32,000 nt of DNA from Candidatus Altimarinota bacterium (GCA_041659405.1 JBAZYK010000011.1:31674-63673), one strand, 5' to 3'; positions 18,563 through 26,781 are shown, numbered from the stretch's first letter. Numbers and translations are program-made. Notes: a model not told the origin generated them from the letters alone.

Positions 18563-20140
18563 TCAAGGTTTATACGTTTTAGCGAATTGCGCGCCAATAT
18601 CGATCAAATCACTTCCATCAATTTGACCATCATAAGTTGTGTCCGTAAGGGCATCAAAAGTTTGGTCCGCATCCACTTCACCAAAATGCTTCGCCAGCTT
18701 CTCTAAATCACGTCCATCAACCCGATCAGAACGATCATTGTCACCCGCCAAACCTCTGGTATCTTTTTGGACAATTTCAACCGGCAAACTCACAATTTGG
18801 CCATTCAAAGCCAAAACCTGATAATAATATTCATGATTTGGCACAATCGAGCCACCCTTTACCACTCCATCCTTATCCACAAAAGTGGTTTGCGCGATTT
18901 CACCCAAACTTATCCACTGACTATGCGCATCTTTTCTCAACACGCGATAACCGGTAGCGCCAACAACCGCATCCCAATTTAATTGCAAACTATATCTGTC
19001 TGTCCCTTCAGCCGCTTTCAAATTGGCAATTGCAGCAATCTGTTTGTCCTTAGGCGTAAAAGTCTGATCGGTAAATTGCGCAGCAGTATCCTGAGTCGGA
19101 TTTGCCACAAAACTTTTCGCATCAAAATGCAAAGTACTCGCAACCCCATTGCCACCTACCACATCAAATTGAACAGTCAAAAGATCGCCACTTCCGGAAA
19201 CCCCGGTTTTTACCGCATTAGTTCGAGCTTCCGCCAAAACCAACTTTCCTTCGATTCCATTTTCAAGCGCCGACTGAAATGAAGTTTGAACCTGTCCATT
19301 TTGGCTCAAGAAAGGTTTAATCGCCGCACTCTTAAAATGCAAAACTGCCGGATCGTAAGTCAAATCAAAACCATAAGCAAAAAGATCCTGCGCATTGGTA
19401 ATTTTGAAGGTAACATTAAGCAGATCCCCCACATAAGGAGTTTGTGAATCCAAACTCAATTCTATTTTCTGACCGGAAACCGGATCAATTTTCTGCGCAC
19501 TATTCACTCTTTTAGGAGTACCAATAATTGCGGATCCGGCAGAAGAAGTGTCCCCTGCTCCGGTTGAACTTGCCCAATTGGAAGCCAGATCGCCATTCGT
19601 TGCAGAATCAATACGTTCCATGGAAGCTTTAGTTACCGCACTACCCGCAAACCAGGCTCCGGCAGAACTATTCACCACATCAATTGAACTATCACCGGAA
19701 TCAAAAAGTTCCAAACTTTGCCCGCTATTGGCCAAGGTAATATTAATAATCGCATCCGCCGTAACAGTATTCACAGCCACTTCACGATCTTCAATCAAAA
19801 AATATCCATGCGCCGCAATTGTTCCACTCAAAATCGTATAGATATAAGCTCCGTGATTATCGTTGATAGACCAGTTTGTAAGATCAACCACCTGATCCGA
19901 ATTATTATAGAGCTCAATCCACTCATCCGTAGAAGAATCCGCAGATCCAGCCCAAGCCACTTCATTGATCACAACCGAACCCGGAGTTGCAGCTTTAGCC
20001 CTTAACAAAGAGCCCAACCAGCCATCAGCAAATCCTAAAGAAAAAACAAAAGTCGCTAAAACGGTAATCGCCAATCCTCGCCAAAATCTTCGCGGAGACG
20101 CCTCCGCCCGCAATAAACACTTCATGTGTTTTTGTTTCAT
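18563..20140 (-). CDS. Secreted surface protein: lamin-tail domain, cohesin-like domain, FN3-like domain, dockerin-like repeats
   Basis: Signal or TM segment; LTD signature VVINEVAWAGS..DEWIELYN; cohesin-like LNVTFKITNAQDLFAYGFDLTYDPAVLHF; C-terminal Ca-binding dockerin-type repeats DNDRSDRVDGRDLEKL and DTTYDGQIDGSDLIDI. An alternative ATG is at 20125. Confidence 0.8.
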   Translation of the reverse strand: MKQKHMKCLLRAEASPRRFWRGLAITVLATFVFSLGFADGWLGSLLRAKAATPGSVVINEVAWAGSADSSTDEWIELYNNSDQVVDLTNWSINDNHGAYIYTILSGTIAAHGYFLIEDREVAVNTVTADAIINITLANSGQSLELFDSGDSSIDVVNSSAGAWFAGSAVTKASMERIDSATNGDLASNWASSTGAGDTSSAGSAIIGTPKRVNSAQKIDPVSGQKIELSLDSQTPYVGDLLNVTFKITNAQDLFAYGFDLTYDPAVLHFKSAAIKPFLSQNGQVQTSFQSALENGIEGKLVLAEARTNAVKTGVSGSGDLLTVQFDVVGGNGVASTLHFDAKSFVANPTQDTAAQFTDQTFTPKDKQIAAIANLKAAEGTDRYSLQLNWDAVVGATGYRVLRKDAHSQWISLGEIAQTTFVDKDGVVKGGSIVPNHEYYYQVLALNGQIVSLPVEIVQKDTRGLAGDNDRSDRVDGRDLEKLAKHFGEVDADQTFDALTDTTYDGQIDGSDLIDIGAQFAKTYKP

Positions 20141-20240
20141 AATTTGTTTTTAAGAAATACAAGAAATACTTTCAGCTAAAAGTATCGCCAAAATATCACC
20201 ATCAAATTAAAAAAATCTAAACCCAAAGTGAAATAAACTT

Positions 20241-20278
20241 AAAAACGCGGGACGCCAATGTTATTCAGCAATCCCGCG
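20241..20278 (-). terminator. Rho-independent terminator of the 20319..21815 gene
   Basis: CGCGGGA (20246-20252) pairs with TCCCGCG (20272-20278). On the minus strand the stem is followed by TTTTT (plus-strand AAAAA at 20241-20245). Confidence 0.7.
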
Positions 20279-20318
20279 CATTAATTTAAAGCCTGCTTTC
20301 AACTATGAGACTCCGGAT

Positions 20319-21815
20319 TTATATTTTCTTAAAAAACTTTTTAACCTTACCTGCGGCCGCATTTACTTTATCGGCAGCACGCTGGGCTTCCGCCTTGATT
20401 CTGCTTGCTTCCGCCTTTACTTTATCGGCAGCACGTTTAAGTTCAGCCTCAACTTTATTCTTAAAACTTTGCGCCTGACCAGCCACAGTTTTAACCTGTT
20501 TTTTAAGCTGATTTTTAGTATTACTCACATATCGATTCAATTCATTTTTTGCGCTGTTAATTTCACGTCGCAATTCCGCAACATATCTTTTCGCAACACG
20601 CTCTCCTTCGGCTGCAACATCTTCATATTCACGCTGCATCTCTTGACCGAATCTATCAATGGTTCCTCCAACTGTTTCATAATAATCGGTAAGTTCCCTT
20701 TCAATTTCCTTGCCAATTTTTGAGTCCTGAGCGCGCTTTAGTTCAGCATTAAAATGTTCATTAGCCCTATTAGCTTCCGCAACAACCTGTTTCTTTTCAC
20801 GACCAAGTTCCGCGGAAACACGTCCCTTTAATCGATTAAACTCTTCTTTAACCTGGTTTCCAATACGCTTGGATTCCGCCTTTAAAACATCTTCAAAGCG
20901 ATCATATTCATTGGCAATTTTTCCGGTAACAGGTTGAAGATAATTTTTATCAAAACGCTTCAACTCAGCCTGGGTTTTTACCATACAAGAAGGACAAGCG
21001 ATTGAAACAACCGTATATAACGCAACATATTGCGGACCAAGATAACTTTGAGCCATGGCATTTATGATCATACTGCGCAAAGTTGCTTTAATAGTTTTTG
21101 AATTTACAGGCTTGGTAAAATCAAATTCGACGCCCGCAAACGCCGGAACCAATTTAGCAAGCGCCTGATTTGCAAGCTTATTCGCTTCCTGCTTGGCATA
21201 ATTTTTGAATTCATTTTCAACAGCCGCTTTAATCGCTTTGGTATTTTTTGGATCCTTAATTAATATTTCGGCAAAATTTCTTACACTTTCCTTACCCAAC
21301 ATATTGATGGCAAATTCTCCGGTATCGGTGACAGCAGTACTAAAAACTTCACGCATAACTTCCTCCACTTTTATGCCGGAAATGCTGCCGGACAAAACGA
21401 ATTTACCAAGTTTTTCCGTAGATTTTTTAACGGTATTGGCGATATCTGTTTCCGGATAAAGTTTCAACAAAGCTTCAGGGACTTCCCGTGACGCATACTC
21501 AGCCAATATTTTAGATACGACATCATCTTTGGATTCTTTGTTTTTCTGAACTTCCAGAGACTTTTTTTCTTCTAAAGATTTCACATTGTCTTCAGGAGCG
21601 GACCCTTTTAAAGGCGCTTCCGAAGTTAAAGGATTATTCGCAATAAGAACATTATGTGAAATTCCGGAAGTTTGAACAGCCGCTTTTGGATAAAACGAAC
21701 TAAAGAATGAACCAAAAACAGACGCTTCCAAACTGGAAGCATTTGAGTAAGTGACAAATCCAAACATCGTTAGAGCCGCCACCAAAGTAACCATTTGTTT
21801 TTTATGTGTATTCAT
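20319..21815 (-). CDS. Secreted coiled-coil protein, unknown function
   Basis: N-terminal signal-like MVTLVAALTMFGFVTYSNASS. The C-terminal half is Lys/Glu/Ala-rich with repeated AELKRA / AADKV units; the DNA repeat TTTACTTTATCGGCAGCACG occurs twice near 20360-20440. Confidence 0.6.
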   Translation of the reverse strand: MNTHKKQMVTLVAALTMFGFVTYSNASSLEASVFGSFFSSFYPKAAVQTSGISHNVLIANNPLTSEAPLKGSAPEDNVKSLEEKKSLEVQKNKESKDDVVSKILAEYASREVPEALLKLYPETDIANTVKKSTEKLGKFVLSGSISGIKVEEVMREVFSTAVTDTGEFAINMLGKESVRNFAEILIKDPKNTKAIKAAVENEFKNYAKQEANKLANQALAKLVPAFAGVEFDFTKPVNSKTIKATLRSMIINAMAQSYLGPQYVALYTVVSIACPSCMVKTQAELKRFDKNYLQPVTGKIANEYDRFEDVLKAESKRIGNQVKEEFNRLKGRVSAELGREKKQVVAEANRANEHFNAELKRAQDSKIGKEIERELTDYYETVGGTIDRFGQEMQREYEDVAAEGERVAKRYVAELRREINSAKNELNRYVSNTKNQLKKQVKTVAGQAQSFKNKVEAELKRAADKVKAEASRIKAEAQRAADKVNAAAGKVKKFFKKI

Positions 21816-21971
21816 ATGATTTTTGTTTTAAAAAATAAACACTTCGACATATTATGACACATATCCAGACTTAATGCAAGTGCCAATTCGCAAAAATTAA
21901 AAAGCAAAGCCGTAAGACTTAAATGAAATTTGCTTTTTGCAATCGCTATGCTAAAATTCGCACACAATTAA

Positions 21972-22246
21972 GCCGCAGTAGCTCAGCCGGTAGAGCGCAT
22001 CCATGGTAAGAAATTTGCCCATCCCCAGAGAAATCTCCGGATGAATCCCGAATAACGGTTAAAGGCCTTAAGCAAAAACAAGGTTAAGACCGTGGCCCGC
22101 CAAGGCGGGCCCGAACGACTGACAAGGGTAGCTAAATCCAGAATAGCTGGATATGCTAAAGATACAGTCTAATCCTCAGCAATACATAAAACTGAGGTAA
22201 CAAATGAAGGATGAGGTCTCGGGTTCGATTCCCGACTGTGGCTCCA
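21972..22246 (+). tRNA. tRNA-Thr (anticodon GGU) interrupted by a group I intron, CCA encoded
   Basis: Exon 1 (21972-22007) is GCCGCAGTAGCTCAGCCGGTAGAGCGCATCCATGGT. Exon 2 (22207-22246) is AAGGATGAGGTCTCGGGTTCGATTCCCGACTGTGGCTCCA. Joined, they form a canonical cloverleaf with loop ATGGTAA. This is the only junction with an exon ending in U and an intron ending in G. Confidence 0.8.
22008..22206 (+). ncRNA. Group I intron (199 nt) in the tRNA-Thr anticodon loop, between positions 36 and 37
   Basis: P7 GACTG...CAGTC; J8/7-P7 string AAGATACAGTC (compare the Tetrahymena AAGAUAUAGUC element); P8 TAGC..[TCCAG AATAG CTGGA]..GCTA; P9 CCTCAG...CTGAGG; GC hairpin GGCCCGCC AA GGCGGGCC; terminal G. No ORF inside. 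Confidence 0.75.
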
Positions 22247-22253
22247 GAAATTA
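22237..22253. repeat. Direct repeat copy 1 (tRNA-Thr 3' end plus 7 nt), att-like
   Basis: TGTGGCTCCAGAAATTA is identical to 22897-22913. Confidence 0.85.
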
Positions 22254-22811
22254 CAAATCAGTTTTAAACCCTATGCTCTGAGAAGATTTGTTTTCGATAG
22301 GCTTCGTCAAAGCTTCAATAGTTTTCCAGACCTTTTTAAATTCGCGATCTGTTTTATTGGCCTGTTTTAACATAAAACTACGTACCTCAGAAAGCTGATC
22401 AACTAAGTTTTCATGAGAGGCAAGCGCATGACGAAGTCTGACAAAAGCCTTAACAACTTCTATGCTCATTTGAATAGCTCGTTTACTTCTAAGCACGCTG
22501 GCTAGCATGACGGTACCGTGTTCAGTGAACGCAAATGGCATCTTTCTACGGCCTCCACGGTTTGATGTCACAAATTGTGATATCAAATTATCAAACTCTT
22601 TGACTGACAGTTGAAACATAAAGTCTTCGGGGAATCGATCCATGTTTCTATGAACAGCCTGATTGAGAACTCGAGTTTCAACATCGTATAGTTTTGCCAA
22701 ATCTTCATCCAACATTATTTTCCGCCCTCGAATCACATAAATTGAATCATCAATAAGCTGAACCGGAATAAGGGCACCAATTTTACTATTTTTCGATTGT
22801 TTTTTAATCAT
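22251..22811 (-). CDS. ORF6N-domain protein (KilA-N/antirepressor-related DNA-binding family)
   Basis: IMLDEDLAKLYDVETRVLNQAVHRNMDRFPEDFMFQL matches the ORF6N domain pattern. The ATG at 22811 is preferred over the TTG at 22832. The stop codon lies inside the direct repeat. Confidence 0.75.
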   Translation of the reverse strand: MIKKQSKNSKIGALIPVQLIDDSIYVIRGRKIMLDEDLAKLYDVETRVLNQAVHRNMDRFPEDFMFQLSVKEFDNLISQFVTSNRGGRRKMPFAFTEHGTVMLASVLRSKRAIQMSIEVVKAFVRLRHALASHENLVDQLSEVRSFMLKQANKTDREFKKVWKTIEALTKPIENKSSQSIGFKTDL

Positions 22812-22877
22812 GAAATAATTTATAGCAAACAAACATTAAATTTTTATAAAAAAAACTTAAAATTTCCCCTCAAATAA

Positions 22878-22913
22878 GTTCAATTCCCATCCAAGATGTG
22901 GCTCCAGAAATTA
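22878..22913. repeat. Direct repeat copy 2: degenerate tRNA T-arm plus exact 17-mer
   Basis: GTTCAATTCCC (compare the tRNA's GTTCGATTCCC), then TGTGGCTCCAGAAATTA at 22897-22913. Confidence 0.8.
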
Positions 22914-22916
22914 AAA

Positions 22917-23396
22917 CTACTTCCTCTTTTCCAAAAGATCCCGGATTTCCGTTAGAAGATGAACCTCTTTGGTTTCCATTGTAAGCATAGGACCAATTTC
23001 TTCCGTTTGCTGAACCCCGGATTGAACACTTTGACCAGCTTTTTTGTCTTTTTTCTCCTGCATTTCTTTTAGAGTGTTGAGAATTTTAACCGCAACAAAC
23101 ATTGAAAGCGCGACCAGCACAAAATTAAAAAGAACCTGAATAAAATTCCCATAATTAACAGAAACCGCACCGGCAAGGACTTTCCCTGCGCTATCCGTTA
23201 CCTCCGGTTTAAGAATAAATTTAAAACTATCAAATTTGATCCCGCCGGTTACATAACCAATTGGCGGCATAATCATGTCGTTCACAAGCGACGAAACAAT
23301 GCCATTGAAGGCCGTTCCAATCATAATACCAATGGCCATATCAATCACATTGCCCTTGATCGCAAACTTTTTAAATTCGTCCAAAAACTTAAACAT
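22917..23396 (-). CDS. mscL: Large-conductance mechanosensitive channel
   Basis: MFKFLDEFKKFAIKGNVIDMAIGIMIGTAFNGIVSSLVNDMIMPPIG is a canonical MscL N-terminus with TM1. Confidence 0.95.
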   Translation of the reverse strand: MFKFLDEFKKFAIKGNVIDMAIGIMIGTAFNGIVSSLVNDMIMPPIGYVTGGIKFDSFKFILKPEVTDSAGKVLAGAVSVNYGNFIQVLFNFVLVALSMFVAVKILNTLKEMQEKKDKKAGQSVQSGVQQTEEIGPMLTMETKEVHLLTEIRDLLEKRK

Positions 23397-23450
23397 GCCC
23401 CCAGTTTACCCCAACTTCCCATTTTAACAATCCCCACAAACTCTAAAAAA

Positions 23451-23621
23451 CAGCATGAGCGGAGGAAAGTTTGAGCAAAATACAAAAAGATGAGCGAAAA
23501 ATTCGAAGCAAAGCGTGGATTTTTGAGGATTGGGTCTCGTGGGCCCCAACTACAAACAGCATTCGCGGAGGAAAGTTTGAGCAAATTGAGGATTTTTGAA
23601 TGATGGGTCTCGTGGGCCCCA
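23451..23621. repeat. Imperfect tandem duplication of a two-part module in an ORF-free gap
   Basis: CAGCATGAGCGGAGGAAAGTTTGAGCAAAAT (23451-23481) matches CAGCATTCGCGGAGGAAAGTTTGAGCAAATT (23557-23587). GGATTTTTGAGGATTGGGTCTCGTGGGCCCCA (23517-23548) matches GGATTTTTGAATGATGGGTCTCGTGGGCCCCA (about 23590-23621). Confidence 0.8.
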
Positions 23622-23976
23622 GCATGAAAAAATCCGAATAGTGCGAAAACTTTTCGTAGCGAATACCCTGCCCTTTTGGAAAATACTAAAAAACTTTTCA
23701 GGGAAAAGGTTTTTAGATTTAAAAAAACTCCATCATGCCGTTGAACCTCAAGGATACTAAACCCCCAGTACCCAGTATGGGTGCCCGCAAACCAACCGCA
23801 CACGGTTGGATATATTGAGCCCCCTTAAACAATGCGAAGAGAGAGTATATGGGGTCCTGACGTGCAAAATAGAGTAACCAAAATGTAACAAAAATCAGCC
23901 AAAATATCAAGGACTTCCCGGCTTAAAAAATAGTCAACTAGCCATTGTATCTGGTCAGTCGACAACGCCCCTATTG

Positions 23977-24597
23977 CTAGGTACCCAAAAAAATCACCGA
24001 TTTAATGAAAATGGCCATAGTGCTGATCAAGTACTGCAAAATCGAATATCCTAAATAATGAGCCAACACATATTGGTCAAAAAGCAAAAAAATGATGAAA
24101 TATAGCATACTCTTCTGTAAATATCGATCATACGCAAGCCGGAATCGCTTAGGAATAAGTATTCCGATCATTTTCGAACCATCCAAAGGCGCAAACGGGA
24201 AAAAATTAAACACGCACAGGAAAATATTCACATCCAAAATAGTAAATAAAAGACGATCCAGCCACATCGGCATCAAAAATGGCAAATATTTTAAAGGCAG
24301 CGCCAATACAAACGCTAAAATCAGATTCGATACAGGGCCGGCAAAAGCCGTTAAAGACGAATCACGCACCGGACGCCGAAAATAATTTAGATTCACCGGA
24401 ACCGGTTTTCCCCAGCCAAAATGAATCAAAAAAAGCATGATCGTGCCCATTGGATCCAGGTGCGCCAAAGGGTTTAAAGAAATGCGCCCGGCCAGTTTTG
24501 CGGTTGGATCACCCAGATAATAAGCGACCATGGCATGTGAACATTCATGGATTGTAACCGCTACCAGAAGCGCAATAATTACATAAGGATCAAACAT
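23977..24597 (-). CDS. M50 family site-2 protease-like zinc metalloprotease
   Basis: HECSHAMVA (HExxH) in a TM helix and NFFPFAPLDG (NxxPxxxLDG). Polytopic membrane protein. The start is the ATG at 24597 or the TTG at 24621. Confidence 0.8.
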   Translation of the reverse strand: MFDPYVIIALLVAVTIHECSHAMVAYYLGDPTAKLAGRISLNPLAHLDPMGTIMLFLIHFGWGKPVPVNLNYFRRPVRDSSLTAFAGPVSNLILAFVLALPLKYLPFLMPMWLDRLLFTILDVNIFLCVFNFFPFAPLDGSKMIGILIPKRFRLAYDRYLQKSMLYFIIFLLFDQYVLAHYLGYSILQYLISTMAIFIKSVIFLGT

Positions 24598-24743
24598 ATT
24601 CGGAACAAAATTAAACTTCAAACGGGGTTATCATATCATTAAAATACTGCACTTAACCTTGAAAAAACAATAAATCATGTTAAACTTACGAAGCTCGCGC
24701 CAAAAAGCGCTACTTAATCACACCAATTACTAATTTAATAATT

Positions 24744-25007
24744 ATGTCTAAAGTTTGCCAACTATCCGGAAAAAGACCACAAACCGGTCACAATGTGAGT
24801 CATTCCAACCGCAAGACAATGCGCCGTTTTCTACCTAACCTGGTCACCAAAAGAATCGTTGACCCGGTAACCAAGAAAACAATTAAAGTTAAAATGTCCG
24901 TTCGCGCACAAAGAACATTGTTGAAAAATCCAGCTAAATTCAAGAAACAACTCGCAAAATTGGTAGAGAAAAAAGCGATCAGAGCAGCCGGAAAATCATT
25001 GGCGTAA
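24744..25007 (+). CDS. rpmB: 50S ribosomal protein L28
   Basis: [33 protein letters not shown] is a canonical L28 N-terminus. Confidence 0.9.
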   Translation: MSKVCQLSGKRPQTGHNVSHSNRKTMRRFLPNLVTKRIVDPVTKKTIKVKMSVRAQRTLLKNPAKFKKQLAKLVEKKAIRAAGKSLA

Positions 25008-25022
25008 GCGAATCTTTAATTA

Positions 25023-25112
25023 GGAGAGATCGCATAGTGGCCGAGTGCGCATGCTTGGAAAGCATGTAACGTCGCAAGGCGTTCGAGGGTTCGAATCCCT
25101 CTCTCTCCGCCA
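25023..25112 (+). tRNA. tRNA-Ser (anticodon GGA), CCA encoded
   Basis: Acceptor GGAGAGA/TCTCTCC, anticodon stem CATGC/GCATG with loop TTGGAAA, long variable arm, T arm GAGGG TTCGAAT CCCTC. Confidence 0.9.
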
Positions 25113-25291
25113 GACAACATGCGAGAAATGCGGTCCGAAATGGAGCGCATCCGAGCTCCGCGAGGATAAGCGTAATGCAGGACTCCGAGTCAAAAATAGC
25201 GTGAGTTATTTTTGAACGAGGAGAGCATTTCCCTTGTGCAAGAATTGCGAGGTTTGCGTTCCGAACCAAAGATTTAGTACAATCAAGCCAC

Positions 25292-25837
25292 ATGAAAAAA
25301 ATTTTATTACCACTGCTACTCATTGTTTTCATTCAAACGGGTTGTGGTAACGGCGGAATTAAAGAAGAAGCCCACACCCAACGACCGGGTGAGTTTAAAA
25401 ATGGGCAACTGTATGCCACTTTTAAGATAGATAATTTCCAGATGAACTATCCCAATTGGCCGAATTTTGATACAAGCAAAGCGGCCGACGCGGACAAATA
25501 CAAGCTTGCAGTAGCCAATGAAGGCTGCAGTTTTATTATTAAAGTCTCACCGGTTCCCTCAAACATTTCCTTTAAAGATTATGCCGAGAATGCGCTTCAA
25601 GAAGGGACAAAACTATATCCAACAAAGATTTTGATCAAAGACGTTAAGGACACTTTTGCCCATTTTGAAGGCGAAATATCAATGAGCAACGTTATCATGA
25701 AAAGTGTTACCTACGCCTATTTCACCGGCAAAAAAGAATCTGTCAGTGTCGGTTTGGTTGCCCGAAAAGACCAATTTGACCAAGGCTGCACGCCAATAAT
25801 GGATGAAGCGATCAGCAGCGTTAAAGTGGACTTCTAA
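25292..25837 (+). CDS. Putative lipoprotein, unknown function
   Basis: MKKILLPLLLIVFIQTGC lipobox. The 3' end overlaps the recombinase 3' end by 17 nt (convergent genes). Confidence 0.6.
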   Translation: MKKILLPLLLIVFIQTGCGNGGIKEEAHTQRPGEFKNGQLYATFKIDNFQMNYPNWPNFDTSKAADADKYKLAVANEGCSFIIKVSPVPSNISFKDYAENALQEGTKLYPTKILIKDVKDTFAHFEGEISMSNVIMKSVTYAYFTGKKESVSVGLVARKDQFDQGCTPIMDEAISSVKVDF

Positions 25838-26693
25838 TTCTGGCCAAAGCCACACTTGTAAGTCTGGTATAAATTTGAGTTGTGCGGATACTGCTGTGCC
25901 CCAAAAGCTCCTGCAAATAACGAATATCCACACCATTTTCCAGCAAATGAGTCGCAAAACTGTGCCGCAACGCATGAAATCCGGCAATTTTATTGATCCC
26001 CGCTTTTTGCATAGCCTGCAAAAAAACTTTCTGAGCCGTTCGCGAATGCAACTTCCCTCCCCTCTGGCTTTCAAAAACAAAATCGCCCAAACTCTTACCA
26101 AAAATAAACGCCTTCAATTCATCTTTTATTTTACCCGGCATCACCGAAAGACGATCCTTGCCACCTTTTCCTTTTCGCACACAAACAAGCACACGCTCAA
26201 AATCCAAATCAGCCACCTTCAAATTAACAACCTCACTCACCCGCAAACCAGATCCATAAGCCAAAGAAAGCATTAACCGATGTTTCTGATTTTTAAGAGC
26301 TGCCAGTAGTGCCAAAATCTCTTCCTTCAAGAAAACAACAGGCAAACGCCGAGATCTTTTCGCAAACTTTAAAGGAATTTGTGTTTGATTCTTCAGCACC
26401 TCCCGATAAAAAAATTTAATCGAATTCAAATAAAGATTCACCGTTTGCGGAGCAAAGCCCTTATCGTGCTTCCACAAAAGAAAAGTCCGAATTTTCTCGA
26501 CATCCAAAATTTCAATATTAGAGCCCGCTTCGCAAGCAGTAGCAATAGTCATATCCTGCGGCCCCAAAGCTCTGGAATCATTTTTCAAAAATGCCAAAAA
26601 CACACTCAAACATGACCGATAAGCCTTAGCCGTCCGCTGACTATGCCCACGAAGCTTCACTTCCTCCACCAAACGATCCAAATAATATTTCAT
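25821..26693 (-). CDS. Tyrosine site-specific recombinase, IntI/Xer-like, 290 aa
   Basis: Catalytic set: GLRVSE (R), HALRHSFATHLL (HxxR), LLGHSS (H), TTQIYTRL (Y). By eye it is close to IntI1 blocks RRLPVV, HRL..LLYG.G.R.SE...L.V.DLDF and GKG.KDR, and to the terminal (V/I)RSPL. It has no equivalent of the long IntI-specific insertion between GKG.KDR and HxLRH. Confidence 0.9.
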   Translation of the reverse strand: MKYYLDRLVEEVKLRGHSQRTAKAYRSCLSVFLAFLKNDSRALGPQDMTIATACEAGSNIEILDVEKIRTFLLWKHDKGFAPQTVNLYLNSIKFFYREVLKNQTQIPLKFAKRSRRLPVVFLKEEILALLAALKNQKHRLMLSLAYGSGLRVSEVVNLKVADLDFERVLVCVRKGKGGKDRLSVMPGKIKDELKAFIFGKSLGDFVFESQRGGKLHSRTAQKVFLQAMQKAGINKIAGFHALRHSFATHLLENGVDIRYLQELLGHSSIRTTQIYTRLTSVALARIRSPL

Positions 26694-26781
26694 AACTTTT
26701 TTATTATAAAACTAAAGACCCCCAAAGAAGACTCAATGGAGGTCGGTAGCAAGATGCTACGGAAGAAGAATTGCCAATAAC

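Noticed and set aside
23345-23910. Minus-strand ORFs of 152, 60 and 63 aa in the mscL-M50 gap.
   Set aside because: The 152-aa ORF overlaps mscL, all three read through tandem repeats, and their composition is odd (Cys/Trp/His/Phe-rich). The region is treated as non-coding.
23397-23976. Possible RNase P RNA: GGAGGAAAGT resembles CR-I (GAGGAAAGUCC), and CCCGGCTTA at about 23918-23926 resembles CR-V (ACAGAACCCGGCUUA).
   Set aside because: The CR-I-like string continues TTTGAGC instead of CCGGGC, so the P4 pairing is poor. It is duplicated. I could not find the GGGUGAAA / GGUAAGAGC-type CR-II/III elements. A covariance-model scan (Rfam RF00010/RF00011) would settle it.
24979-25332. 117-aa minus-strand ORF.
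   Set aside because: It is antisense to tRNA-Ser and to the ends of rpmB and the lipoprotein gene, so it is spurious.
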